Below, one piece after another: positions 27,092 through 44,504 of a DNA stretch of 64,000 nucleotides (the first letter of the stretch is position 1; every line of letters begins with the position of its first letter). The translations under genes and the position numbers were made by a program. The DNA is taken from assembly GCF_009914755.1 (NCBI RefSeq), contig NC_060927.1; one strand, given 5' to 3'. This DNA comes from the human T2T-CHM13v2.0 reference genome, Homo sapiens. Below the pieces are notes generated by a model. That model was not told the DNA's origin, made no database searches, and worked only from the letters and a program-made list of their open reading frames with translations.

Positions 27092-28151
27092 TGAAACGTT
27101 TTAGCAAAAAATATAACAGCAAGAGCATCATGACAGTGAAAGAGATCTAACCTAACTGGCCCCACCTTGCCTTTAACCTCTCAACTGCCCCTTGCTCATG
27201 CCCGGGCGTGGGCCACGTTAACTTTGGGAGAAATTCATTTTATAGTTTAAATGGTAATAGCCCTTCCCCAAACTAAACTGCCTTGTAAAACTAATGAAAC
27301 ACCATGAGGTTAGGAGGATGAAAGAGGCCTGAATACTGCTAAGATACAGGCATAGTTAAATGATTACCAGCTATTATTCCAGAGGTGACAAGATTTGCAA
27401 CTTCTCATTACTCCTGTAAATATCATTATTGTAGAACCTAAGATTGGGCTATTTAGATATTGTATTAATCTGTTTTCACACTGCTGATAAAGACATACCC
27501 TAGACTGAGCAATTTACAAAAGAAAGTGGTTTATTGGACTTACAATTCCACATGGCTGGGGAGGCCTCACAATTATGGTGGAAGGCAAGGAGGAGCAAGT
27601 CACATCTTAACATGGATGGCAGCAGGCAAAAAGAGACCTTGTGCACAGAAACTCTCATTTTTAAAACCATAAGATCTTATGTGACCCATTCACTATCACG
27701 AGAACAGCACAGGGAAGACATGCTCCCATGATTCAGTCATCTCCAACTGGGTCCCACCCACAACATGTAGGAATTATGGGAGCTACAAGATGAGATTTGG
27801 GTGGGGTCACAGAGCCAAACCATATCAGGTGTCTTTTCAGGCTTTTGCATTTATGACAGCCAGATGGGCACACATGGACCAGTGACACCTCTTTGGCCTC
27901 CACCCAGAAGCAGACTCAGCACATGGTGACTGTTTTCCACAACCCTATGAATGCATCCCCAACCAATCAGCAACACCCATTCCCTAGCCGCTGCCTGCCA
28001 AACTATCCTTGAAAAGTCCTAGCCTCTGAATTTTTGGGAGGCTGTAGCTAGTGTTCTATGTGTATTAAACTCTTTTTCTACTGCAATTCCCTTGTCTTGC
28101 TAAATGACTCCATCTGGGTGGCAAGCACAATGAATCCACTGGGAAGTTACA
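27092..28151 (+). mobile_element. LTR8-family (ERV1) solo LTR, split by a THE1 LTR
   Basis: tgaaac...tgacagtgaaagagatctaacctaac...ccaatcagca...ctgcaattcccttgtcttg...gggaagttaca; homologous to the copy at 50534. Confidence 0.75.
27461..27827 (-). mobile_element. THE1 MaLR solo LTR
   Basis: tgtattaatctgttttcacactgctgataaagacataccc...agagccaaaccatatca. Confidence 0.9.
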
Positions 28152-28359
28152 AATTGGTCAAAGAAAACTTATTTGTGGTGGTTTTTTTCAAAAATTAGTG
28201 TTTACACAGATTCTTTAAAATTTCAGTAGAAAAAGATATCTCAAGATTTTGCCAGATATATGTTAATCATCACACTTAGAAAAGATGGAGTTAGCAGCTC
28301 CCTGATGAGAGAGGCAAGAAATAATAATGATAATGAATAAAGTGTATAATATAGATAAC

Positions 28360-28590
28360 CCAGTGGTTTTCAAAGTATCTTTCCAGTATGCTAGGTGTTC
28401 TCAAGACACTTTCAGAGAGAACATGAGGGCAACAGTACTTTCATAATAATACTAACATCTCATTTGTCTTTTTCACTAACTTGATATTTGCAAGGATAAT
28501 GCAAAAGCAGAGGTGAGTCAAACTGCAACTTTCTTAGCACAAATGAAGTTAGTAGCACTAAACTCTATGAATAATCATTGAAGTCTGCAC
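28360..28590. mobile_element. Charlie-type hAT DNA transposon fragment
   Basis: cagtggttttcaaagt...ttcataataatactaa...tttttcact...gcaaaagca resembles the Charlie1 consensus. Confidence 0.5.
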
Positions 28591-30818
28591 TGTGTTAGTT
28601 TGTTAGGACTGTCCTAACAAAGTGCCACAGACGTAAGAGGCTTAAACAACATACATTTATCTTCTCACAGCTCTGGAGGCTACAAGCCCACGATCAAGGT
28701 ATCTGCAGGATTGGTTTCTTTCGAGACCTTTCTTTTTGACTTGTATATAAAACTGGGTAGTGGATAGAGGCTGGAGGAGTTGTGAGGTACACGCTAGAAA
28801 AAGCTATGCTTGTTGTGGAGGGAGTATTGCTACAAATATGGACATTGGGGGTGATTTCAGTGAGAGCTCAGAAAGAAAACGAGAAGAGTTGAAGAGAAAG
28901 CCTCCATTTTCATAGAGATACATAAATAATAATGAATAGAATGTTGGTAGAAATATGGACATTAAGGGTCAGTCTGACAAGATCTCAGACAGAAATGAGG
29001 AACAGATTATTGGAAACTGGAGGAAAGGTGATCCTTGTTATAAGATGACAAAGAAATTGTCTGAATTTTGTTCATGTTCTAGTCATTTAGAAATCTCTAT
29101 CTATGAGGAGCCAAGCTGCTCCTTCAACACTCTGCTTGGAAATCTCTTCAGCCAAACATTTAATTTCAACACTCACATGTCCTATTATTCTACTTTTCAC
29201 AAAATGGTAGAACAATTGAGTGATGAAAGTAAGTGTCTGGCTAGGAGATTTCTAAGTAAAGTGTTGAAGGAGCAGCGTGGATCCCCCTTATGGCTTATAG
29301 CAAAATATGAGAGGAGAGAGAATAATTAAAGAAAAGATTGTTAAACAAAAAGGAACTAGAATTTGAAGAATTTGGAAAATTTTCACCCTCTTCATATGGC
29401 AAAAATGACAAAGTTTATTTTGAAGTTAACACTGAGGGTGTTGCCTAACAACAATTTGATAAGAAAATCAACAAGGGTTGAACCATGAATTTAACCAACT
29501 ACTTCAGCAGAAGCCAGGATTACACCAGCAGAAATACTGCCTGCTGCAATTAAAGGAAAGAGAAAAAAATAGGATAGAATGAAGGAAGGTTGAGAACATG
29601 ATTATCTTTCAAGAAAACAAAAGAATGACGCTGCAGGAATTTTAGAGATCATCAAGGCCACCACTCCCATCATAGACCAAGGGGAAGTCTGCTTTGTCCT
29701 GCATTTTAGTGGGCCAGGCGGCCACCATGAAAAGCCCCAGGGGCAGCACCCTCCCCAAATCATATGGGCAGGGTCAGCCCACAAAGCAAAGGGGAAGGGC
29801 TGGTGGGGCTATGCTGCTGTGTCAGTGGCCCTGGAATGCAGAACATCAAACCAAAAAAAAAAAAAAAAAAAAAAAATGGCTTGCAAGCCCTAAGAGCTAT
29901 TGGAATTTGTCTGGCTAAGTTTTGGACTTGTTTTGGACCCATCACCCTTGTATTCTTTCTGAGTTGTCCCTCGTGAAATGGGGTTGATTGTCCTATCCCT
30001 GTCCCACCACCATATGTTGGAAGCACCTAACTTGTATGCTTTTACAGCTTCACAGCTGAAGAGGAATTTTGCCTTAGGGTGAATTGTATCTCAGGTCTCA
30101 CCCATTTAGATGTTATTTAGATGAGACATTGGGCTTTAGACTTCAGAGTTGACACTGGAACGAGTTAAGACTCAGGGGGCTGTGGGGTGAAATAAATGTA
30201 TTTTATATGCAAAAAGAACGTGAATTTTAAGCTATGGACTAAATTATGTCTCCCGAAAATTCATATGTCAAAGTCATAATGTTGCTGTATATTGAAATAG
30301 GAAGTTTAAAAGATAATTAAATTTAAATGATACCATTTGGGTAGGAGTCATAATTTGATAGAATTAATGGCCTTACAAGAAAAGGAGGAGAAAGAAAGAG
30401 ATCTCTCTTTCTTCACATGCAAGCACCTAGCAAAAGCCATGTAACAAAAAAAAGATAACCATAAAATGACCACTCTCTTTCTGACTTGTAGGGGTAAGTT
30501 ACTGGTTGGTCACTTTCTGCCTAGCCCACTAAAATGAAGGACAAAACAGACTTCCCCTGAACCTGTGATGGGAGTAGCAGCCCTGATGGTCTCTAAAATG
30601 TCTGCAGGGTAATTCTTTTATTTTCTTGAAAGATAATCACGTTGTCAACCTTCCTTCATTCCATTTCTGATTTGCTTAGACAACCCTCACCAGAAACTGA
30701 CCCTGTTGGACCTTGATCTGAAACTTTTAGCCTCCAGAACTGTGAGAAAATACACTTTTGTTGTTTAAGACACCCAGTCTATGGTATTTTGTTATGGTGG
30801 CCCTAGCTGACTAGTACA
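28591..30818 (+). mobile_element. Rearranged MLT1 MaLR element: inverted LTR end (28591-28745), MLT1-internal sequence (~28750-30230) and 3' LTR (~30231-30818)
   Basis: Internal motifs actgggtagtggatagaggctgg and tattggaaactggaggaaaggtgatccttgttataa; LTR gctatggact...ccagaactgtgagaaaatacac...gttatggtggccctagctgactagtaca. Confidence 0.75.
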
Positions 30819-32842
30819 AGCCTCGTTTTAAAATTTTAGATACTAAAAAGAGAAAAAACAATTCTACATCTTCATCTTAATAGAGCCTATCTAGATTTTG
30901 CCTTAAAAAAAAAAAAAAACAAAAAACTGAATCTATTAGTTTAGGTCAGAAGCCTGGGTTTGAGGAACAGGGGAGAAGCAGGAATCAAATAACACAATGC
31001 ACTGCTGTTATAATGCACTGCTTATCTCTCTTTTTCTTTAAGCCAGATGGCAAATGGTGCTACTGTAGGACTCTCAGTGAAGACTATTGTCATTATTCAA
31101 ATGATTTGGCAGTAGCTTTTTTCCCCACCACCAGTTGCCAGGACAACTTGAGTATTGATTACTGTCTTTTTGCTTCTGTTAGTTTTCTTAGCTGTCTTTT
31201 CTGAGTTTGCTGAAAAATGTTCATAAGGAGATAATGTATATGAGTGGGTGAGTGGGTGTGGACATATGAAAGTGAGATGCTTTTTTATGTACACTAATCT
31301 TACCCATGATTATTTATTTTTTTATAGCAACCAGTAGACCACTAGTTCTGTTTGGATCTTACAAATTCTCTATAAGAAGCAGAGCTGGCCTCCACTGTAG
31401 GATTATCTATGGGCTTTTAAGTTACATGGCACCCCAAGATTGTTGGACAGAGCAAAAATTATGTATAGAAATTGATAACTCCTGTTTATGTCTTAAACTA
31501 TAATACCTAGATTTAGCTGCAAGAAAGACATGTTTTCTTTTGTAAGAAACAAACCTATTCTTAATTTTCCAATTCTTATTAAAGAGTAATAAGTCCGGGC
31601 TTGGAAGACATAGAAACTTTTTCTAATTTTGACTCTACTACTAACTAGTTGGACAGCTTGGGACATTGTCATTTAACTCATCTCAGCCTTTTGGATTCAT
31701 TAAATAAATATTAATCATGGACTCACTGTATGCCAGATGTTGTGGAAGGCAATAGAAAGAAAAATAAACAAACCAAAAACAACAACAACAACAACAAAAC
31801 CTAAATGCTCCAAGTTTTAGAGGAACTTACAACCTTGTAAAATAAATAGATGTAAAACAAATACATCAGGGTATCCCAGCTGACATCAACTTGGGAATTG
31901 CAACCTGTCTGTATGTGAAATGTATGGTTAAATGATCACTACTCCAGGTGTCCAAAACATGTGGATTCTTTAGTGGTAAAGAAAAAGGATGAAAGATTTA
32001 TGTTTGAGTTACAAAGAAAACAGAAGATAGAGGAGAAACATAAAGGGGTAGCTAGGCTGTATTGCCGTCTTGTTTCCCATATGACCATAGGACTGGATTT
32101 GTGCTGCAGTTGGAAGAGACTAAAGTGGGCAATGAGTTTTCACTTGGAAGCAAAGCACAATTTTGTCACTTTGATGCTTTGGCAGTTTTGGGCTGCACTA
32201 GATTTCAATACCCAGATTAGGACAGCATTTCCCCAAAAGGAAAAATGAAGAAACTTTTGTGGCAGGCAGAGCAAGCAGGCAAGATACTCATTAGAATCAA
32301 CAGCCACTGCAGCAGATAGTGAAGTTGACCAGAAGAGACCTGAGGCTAAGACAGTCACACCGAGAGGCAAAGACTCATCCTTGCACTATGTAATGCCCGG
32401 TATATTTGAGAGATAGGTGGTTTGTCTCTCCAGGAACTGTCTTTATAAATGTGGTGAGAACTGAGGTAGCAAAAATGAATATTAACGTTAATACAACCTT
32501 AGAGTCTATGGAGCCCAAATGGGACATGCGGGTTGTATACAAAATTATAATTAACATATAACAAGTATCTGATGAATATGAATACAAATAGCAATGAGGA
32601 CACATAATAGTATAGAATTAACTCATGGAGAACCTAAGGGAGGATTCAACAGGAAAGCTATGGCTGACCCTTCTCTTGAAAGTAGAATAAAACGTTTCCA
32701 GATAGTGAAAGAGAAGACATTCATTTCAAAAGGGCCAGAATATTTAAAAATGTGAGTATATAAAGATGGCCCCTTGAGAAAAATGTGTCAGTTAGAATAC
32801 AATCTGTTACACATGACAGAAAACCCAAGGACAATAGCTTAA

Positions 32843-33095
<253 letters not shown>

Positions 33096-33227
33096 TGTTG
33101 TTTTTTTTTTAATCACATGGCAAGAAAGCTCATAACAGGTAGTTGTTGGATGTGGTTCAGGGGATCAGTCATGCCTGTCCTTCGTGGTTGCAGAGAGACT
33201 GTTACAAATGCAGACATCACACATATG

Positions 33228-33606
33228 CAGTTGACCCCTGGATAACCTGAGGGTACTGATACCCCTGCATGGTCAAAAGATCTGCATACAACTTTTGACT
33301 TCCCCAAAACTAATAGCCTACTATTTGCCAGAAGCCTAACTCATAACATAAACAGTATATTAACACTTATTTTGTATATGTATTACATACTGTATTCTTA
33401 CAATAAAGTAAGCTAGAGAAAAGTAAATGTTACTAAGAAAATTCTACGAAAGGGAAAATATACTTACTATTCATTAAGAGGAAGTAGATCATCATAAAGA
33501 TCTGAGGAGGGGTTAATCTGGCTGTCTAGGGGTAACAGAGGCAGAAGAAAATCCACATAAAGGTGCACTCATGCAGTTCAGACCCAGGTTGTTCAAGGGT
33601 CAATTG
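33228..33606. mobile_element. Tigger2a/MER28-like DNA transposon
   Basis: TIRs cagttgaccc...gggtcaattg followed by TA; internal gtaagctagagaaaag...gcagaagaaaatcc. Confidence 0.75.
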
Positions 33607-33863
33607 TACTTCCGGCAGGGGGAAGAGGAAAGACAATATGACCATGACAGCCAACATGTTTTATTTGGAATGATAGAGCTTTACCAGAGTCCTTCCCCCA
33701 TGACTTCAGCTACATCTCAACCTAATGATGTCACATAAATCTTCTTGCCCTCCCATCCCACCTGATCCCCTCAATAAGGGGCTCTGAGAAGCAATTATTT
33801 ACCTCGGAACATTACTGTATTGATAAACCCCCATAAAATTCTTTTGGAAATATTAAAAGGAAG

Positions 33864-35452
33864 GCAAAATTTTTTTCCATTTGGCAGGTTGTCTGTTCAA
33901 TCTGATGATGGTTTATTTTGCTGTGCAGAAGTTCTTTCATTTAATTAGAACCCATTGTCAATTTTTGCTTTTGTTGCAATTGCTTTGGCATTTTTCTCAT
34001 GAGATGTTTGCCCATGCCTATCTCCTGAATGGTATTGCCTAGATTTTCTTTCAGGGTTTTCATAGTTTTTAGGTTTTACCTTTAAGTCTTTAGTCCATCT
34101 TGAGTTAAATGTTGTATATGGTATAAGGAAGGGGTCCAGCTTCAATTTCCTGCATGTGGCTAGCCGAACTAGCATAGAAGAACTAGAATAGTTTTCCCAG
34201 CACCACTTATTAAATAAGGAATCCTTTCCCCATTGCTTGTTTTTGTAAGTTTTGTCAAAGATCAGATGGCTGTAGGTGTGCAGTCTTATTTCTGAGTTCT
34301 CTGTTCTGTTCCATTGGTCTATGTGTCTGTTCTTGTACCAGCACCATCCTGTTTTGGTTACCGCAGCCTGAAGTCAGGTAGCATGATGCTTCCAGCTTCG
34401 TTCTTTTTGCTTAAGGATTGACTTGGCTATCCAGGATCTTTTTTGGTTCCATAGGAATTTTAAAATAGTTTTTTCTAATTATGTTAAGAATGTCAATGGT
34501 ATTTTAGTGGGAATAACAGTGACGCTATAAATTACTTTGAGCAGTAAAGATCTAATATCCAGGATCTACGAGGAACTTAAACAAATTACAAGAAAAAAAA
34601 CCTATTAAAAAATGGACAAAAGACAAACAGACACTTCTCAAAAGACATACATGAGGACAAAACTCATGAAAAAAAGCTCAACATTACTCATCATTACAGA
34701 AATGCAAATCAAAACCACAATGAGATACCATGTCATGCCAATCAGAATTGTGATTATTAAAAAGTCAAAAAACAACAGATGCTGCTGAGGTTGTGGAGAA
34801 AAAGGAACACTTTTACACTGTTGGTTGGAGTGTAAATTAGTTCAACCATTCTGGAAGACAGTGTGGTGATTCCTCAAAGACCTAGAGGCAGAAATACTAT
34901 TTAACCCAGCAATCCCATTACTGGGTATATACCCAAAGGAATAAAAATCATTCTATTTTAAAGATACATGCACATGTATGTTCATTGCAGCACTATTTAC
35001 ACTAGCAAAGTCATGGAATCAACCTAAATGCCCATCAGTGATAGACTGGATAAAGAAAATGTGATACATATACACCATGGAATACTATGCAGCCATAAAA
35101 AGGGATGAGAGCATGTCCTTTGCAGGGACATGGATGGTTGGAGCTGGAAGCCATTAACCTCAGCAAACTAATGCAGGAACAGAAAACCAAACACCACATG
35201 TTCTCACTTCTAAGTGGGAGCTGATTGATGAGAACACATGTACACATGGAGGGGAGCAACACACACTGGGCACCTTTTGGAGGGTTTTGGGGAGGAAGAG
35301 CATCAGGAAGAATAGTTAATGGATGCTGGCCTTAATACCTGGGTGATGGGATGATCTGTGCAGTAAACCACCATGGCACATGTTTACCTACATCATAAAC
35401 CTGCACATTTTGCACATGTACCCCTGAACTTAAAATAAAAGTTAAAAAAAAA
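33864..35452 (+). mobile_element. Old primate L1 (L1PA13-16-like) 3' fragment with 5' inversion
   Basis: 33864-34546 is antisense ORF2 (LKLDPFL.PYT..NSRW.KDL in ORF 33945..34175); 34546-35452 is the sense ORF2 end, 3'UTR and A tail. Confidence 0.9.
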
Positions 35453-35637
35453 GAAAAGGATAAATCAATAGGGAGTAGAGATAAATAGTATCTAGTAGAA
35501 TATATAGTCTGTGGGTTGGGGTGTGGGAGAGCTTCAAAACTACACCCAAAAGCAGAGGTGTGACCTGATTTAAAGATCTTTCTGGATATATTTATAAGGT
35601 TTTGTTTTTTGGTCCTCAAAACAGGGAATACATTGAC

Positions 35638-35949
35638 TTGTTTTTGTTTTTGTTTTGAGATGAAGTCTCACTCTGTTGCCCAGGCAGGTGTGCAGTGGAG
35701 CCACTTTGGCTCACTGCAACCTCTGCCTCTAGGATTCAAGCGATTCTCCTGACTCAGCCTCCCAAGTAGCTGGGATTGCAAGCACGAGCCACCATGCCAG
35801 CTAGTTTTTCTTTTTTTTTTTTGTATTTTTAGTAGAGATGGGGTTTCACCATGTGGCCAGGCTCTTCTCAAACTTGTGACCTCAAGTGATCCACCTGCCT
35901 TGGCCTCCCAAAGTGCTAGGATTACTGACATGACCCACCACATCAGGTC
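35638..35949 (-). mobile_element. Alu (AluS/J)
   Basis: (TTTTG)n tail and reverse-complement dimeric Alu. Confidence 0.92.
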
Positions 35950-37809
35950 CTCTATTTTAAGTTAAGCTTTTGTAAAATCCCTTGTTAATAATCCCTGATG
36001 TTCTATAACATATCCTTGTTTGATCTTTTGCAATTTTTAAGCATAATAATAAACTTCCTGCTTACTCTACCTTCCCTTAAACTCAGTGAATCTAGAAATT
36101 GCCCCCTTTCTCCTCCCTCTCTTCTCTCATCACAATCAATGCTGAGATTTTGGCCCCGTAAAGATGAATATAACAGAAAGCAACTACTACTTAAGGAAAT
36201 GGCATCTGTGGTATATTCAGCATTGAGGAGGCAGGATGGCATGAGCAAAAGACCCACAGGCAGGAAATCGTGTTCAAGTCCTGTCACAGGTGAGCTGTGT
36301 GGTCTCACATTACTCATTCTCTGGGCTCAGGTCATCAAGGATAAGCTAAAATAATGAATGGAACAAGTGACATTCTAGAATTCCTTCTAGTTTTATGATT
36401 ATTTGTTGATTTATTTCCTTCAGCTTTTTCAAGCATGAGCATACACTATGGCTGTATTTTCAAAGGACTGATAGAATAATATTTATTGGAGGAAAAATCA
36501 ATGCAAAAAACCCTTTTTAAAATATTAGGAGATAAATAGATCTCTAACTTAAATTTATACTCCTCGTCAACTAACGATTCAGCCATAAAGAAACCTATTA
36601 AATAATACTCCCCTTAGTTTGAGGCCCTCTATTTCCATTAATTCAGTCTCTTATTCTACTGTCAAAAGTTTTTGAAGTTTTGGGGCTTTGGGTATCTCTC
36701 TTGTTTCCATAAGAGGACATTTCTACTCATTAAGCTTGGAGCTGCAGCCCTTATGTTCCTAGACAGTCACAAATATCTTTAAATGTCTTTCAGGCATGAC
36801 TGTGCTTATAAGAATGAGGAGGTTTTACAATTGGGGTCAGGGAAATAATGACCTCTCTGCCATTTATCATCAATAAAGCCTTGACAATAGTCCATCTAGG
36901 CATGTGCTGGACACAGATGCCAAGTCAGGTTGCTCCACTAGCTTCCAGCCTTTGTTGTTGATTGTTTTTCTTGGACCATTTCTTTTATCTAATTTTGTCA
37001 AGTTACTAAAGTTAAAGAGGATATTTGCTGCTGTTATAGGTGAGATCAGCCCACTTGTCAAACAAAGGAGTTGTGAGATTTTGGAGGAAGTGTCTCAGTG
37101 CTGGAGACCAAACACAACAATGTTCACTGATGGAGGAAATCTTTATTACTGTGAGGATAGAGCACTCTATTGTTACAGGAGCGCTGTGACATTTTTCTAA
37201 CTGGATTGCATCTGCACTTTTAAAAGACTGACAACCAGAGTATCACTGGAGATAATAGGATCTGGGACTAGAAAGCCTTCATATTTTATTAGGGCTACAC
37301 TGATTCCATTTCTTTAAGTCACTGGAGTGTTATTTTACATTTCAGTGTCTGCATAACTGCATTGCCTTTGTTTCTCAGTTGCATTAAGAATTCCCTGGCA
37401 TATCAAGGCTAGTGAATGTCAGTGAAGATAACTATCAACATGTAAAATGCTTCCAACTACAGGAATGTGTGGCTTGAAAACAATTAAATGAACAGGGCTT
37501 CCTGTAATAAGTGGGAGCCAAGGGAGGACAAATTAACTCCAACTACTCGGTGAGTATGTCAGATTTAATCTGGGTTTTGATTGGGCATAGACATAGACAT
37601 TCATTGCAGATGGTCAAGAAACTGGAGTGAGTTCCAGTGAATTATAAGAGCTACATAAGCCAAATGAGAGACTGACACCCTATATCACAGAAAGCCTTTG
37701 TATCAACCAGCTTCAGGATTATTTAAGAACTTGGGAAAGGACATAACCTGAATTGCAACCATGAACATATCTTACAATGAGAATTTAATTTAATAACTTG
37801 CTTGGAACT

Positions 37810-38295
37810 CTATTTCAGTTGTCTATTGTTATACAACAAACCACAGTAAACTGGGTGCTTTTTAGGCAACAGTTTATTGTCTTTACTTTTTCTGTGAGTT
37901 GCACATAAGATCATGGTCAGATGTGGCAGGGGCCTCTGGCTAAACATACAAGATATCATCTTCAATCACAGGTTTATCATCTGCCTGAGACAGACAACAT
38001 TTAGGGCTCCTCGGGCATTTTTTCACCCATGCAACCTCTTCAAGTTGCCAGTTGGGGCTTCTAAAGAACATGGTGGTGTCATGAAGCTCGCTGTCCCTTG
38101 AGCAAGTGTCCATGAGACTGAAGTAGAACTACGGGGTTCTTATGACATAGCATCAGAAGTCATGCAGTTTACTTTTGTCACATACTATTTGTAACGAGTC
38201 ACGGGGTCAGCCAAGATTCAAAAGAGAATTATACAAAGGCATGAATACTGGGAGGCTTTGTACTTTGAGATCCATCTTTAGAGAACAGCCACCAG
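37810..38295 (-). mobile_element. Old MLT1 (F/G/H-like) LTR
   Basis: tatttcagttgtctattgttatacaacaaaccac...acaaaggcatgaatactgggagg...ccatctttagagaacagccacca. Confidence 0.55.
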
Positions 38296-38462
38296 AACCT
38301 TAGTAGCGTGCTAGCTGAGTGAATTTTTATAGTTTACTATGAGCCAAACACGATATGCTAAATACTTTTACTTGGATTTTCTGTTTTGATATTTATAATG
38401 GTCCAGTGAATTCTGTGTTGTTATGACCTTTGTTTCATAGAAAGAAATAATGGATTCAACTA

Positions 38463-42300
<3,838 letters not shown>

Positions 42301-42406
42301 TTTTGAGTCTATTTTTTCTAGAAATGTTACCAGGTGTCATACTGAAACATCAGTACAATAAATTTTTGTGAAGGCTGGATGGACATGACCATTGAAATGG
42401 TTAGAT

Positions 42407-42778
42407 TACAGCAGACACTGTCTGCGCTTCACACACATTCCCTGGAATGACCTTACCAATTCCATTCACTCTAATTCCAGCAGCCAAAACCTGCATCTCT
42501 TGGTCATAGGGCTGTACTTAAAATGTTGAGCTTAGTCTACCTGCACAAATAGAGGGTTGGAATACCAGGTGTGGTATTCTGCCTAATAATTTATGTCACT
42601 TTAGGCACAGCCCTTAGATAATAATTGATAATGTAAAGATAAAAATTCTCAACTGTCTCACACCTTGATCAACACAACTCTAAAGTGTAATGTACACTGG
42701 CTACCTATTATCTTCTAGGGATAAAGCTAATGTTACTGTCTGTAGAACTTTGCCTACTATACCTATGATTGGCCTCCT
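42407..42778 (+). mobile_element. LTR16-like 3' LTR of the ERVL element
   Basis: cagcagacactgtc...cagcagccaaaacctgcatctc...cacagccc lies immediately downstream of the ERVL internal sequence. Confidence 0.55.
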
Positions 42779-43203
42779 TGTATGAGTCTGTTCTTATACT
42801 ACTATAAGGAAGATACCTGAAACTTGGCAATTTATAAAGAAAAGAGGTTTAATTGGCCCGTGGTTCTGCAGGTTTTACGGGAAGCAGGGTGCCAATATCT
42901 GCTCAGCCACTGGGGAGGCCTCAGGAAGCTTACAATCATGGGGGAAGATGAATGGAGAGCAGGCACTTTTCATTGCATGATGAAAGCAGAAGCAAGAGGG
43001 TGAAAGGGGAGGTGCTACACACTTTTAATGGATCTCGCCAGAATTCACTCACTATTGCCAGGACAGTACCAAGAAAGATGATGCTACATCATTCAGGAGA
43101 AATCTGCCCCATGATCCAATGACCTCCCACCAGGACCCACCTCCAGCATGGGCGATTACATTTCAGTATGACAGCTGGGTGGGGACACATTCAAACTATA
43201 TCA
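42779..43203 (-). mobile_element. MST (MaLR) solo LTR
   Basis: tgtatgagtctgttc...cattcaaactatatca with perfect 5-bp TSD CTCCT (42774-42778, 43204-43208). Confidence 0.88.
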
Positions 43204-43285
43204 CTCCTATTCCCAGTACTAAAATTTCCTTGAATTTTAGACACACATCCCCTTACCCAGTAACTCTATCTTCCTCTTCCCTCTT

Positions 43286-43425
43286 GCTATGCTTTCAGTG
43301 TATGTCTGCCTTCAGAATTCATATGTTGAAACTCAAATCCCAAGGTGATATGATTAGAAAGAGAGGCCTTTGGGAAGTGATTAGGTTATAAAACTTTCAA
43401 CCTCATGAATGGGATTAGTGCCCCG
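43286..43425 (+). mobile_element. MLT1A/MST-type LTR 5' fragment
   Basis: tgctatg...aattcatatgttgaaact...ggcctttgggaagtgattagg...cctcatgaatgggattagtgccc. Confidence 0.65.
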
Positions 43426-43883
43426 AAATGCTGATTGAAGGTGCACATGAGGTAAAAAAATATATGAAGAATTAGCCCCAAATTCTGTCATGGATAATTG
43501 GAAGAAAGAAATTACCATATGGTGAAAAGAGAGTAGAGACAAACTTTTTACACACAGTAATGCACTGGAGAGAGACTAAAAGCAGGTTAACCTTAGCAGG
43601 ATAAAAGTATCTAAAATGTTTTTTCTTTCCTTTTCTTCTCTCATTTATAGTAAAATGAGGACCAGGGCATCTACCTTCTAGGCTTTCCCATATCATCACA
43701 GCCCATTTCCATTGAAACTAAAATTCAACACCCCTTTGATGAAGACCTTCTTAAGGAAAGGTCCCACTTTCATTACCAGTCCTCCTTGGCTGGAGTTGAT
43801 GCTCTTTGGCATAGCAGCAAAATCATGTTTAGAGTCCAGATTCTGGGTTTAGTCTGATTTCAAAATTTGCCTCCATCACTAAC

Positions 43884-44250
43884 TGTGATGGTTAATATTG
43901 AGTGTGAATTTGATTGGATTAAAGAATGCAAAGTATTGTTCCTGGGTGTGCCTTTGAGGGTGTTGCCAAAGGAGATTAACATTTGAGTCAGTGAAACGGG
44001 AGAGGCAGACCCACCCTCAGTCTGGGTGGGCGCCCTCTAATTAGCTGCCAGTGTGGCTAGGATAAAAGCAGGCAGAGGAACATGGAGGGACTAGACTAGT
44101 TGAGTCTTCTGCCCTCCATCATTTTTCCATGCTGGATGTTTCCTGCCCTTGAACATCCAACTCCAAGTTCTTCAGCTTTTTCACTGTTGGGCTTATACCA
44201 GTGGTTTGCCAGGGGCTCTCAGGCCTTTGGCCACAGACTGAAGGCTGCAC
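43884..44250 (+). mobile_element. MLT2A (HERV-L) LTR, 3'-truncated
   Basis: tgtgatggttaatattgagtgt...gatttgattgga-like...ccaaaggagattaacatttgagtcagtg...ggccacagactgaaggctgcac. Confidence 0.85.
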
Positions 44251-44504
44251 TTTATGCCTTGAGTTTGTGCCATTTGAATTCATTGTTGCTTTCTTCCACT
44301 AGACTGGGAGATCCATAGTTTTACTGGATACCTGTTGTTTGGTCTGTTCAACACTCTCCCTCTTCAGGGCAGTGCTTGCTATATGAAAGCTAATATGTAA
44401 ATAAATACGAACTAAAAGGGAGAAAAGGGTGTTGAAACTTGCTCTGCAAGGAGATTAGCAACTCAAATCTGTCCATTTTTAATTTGTTATTTTCTTTCAT
44501 AATT

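Noticed and set aside
28955-29329. 124-aa ORF
   Set aside because: It is a remnant of the MaLR internal ORF read through an inverted duplication, not a host gene.
29853-29877. A-run as the tail of a processed pseudogene or SINE
   Set aside because: The flanks continue as MaLR internal sequence with no TSD; it is a simple mononucleotide expansion.
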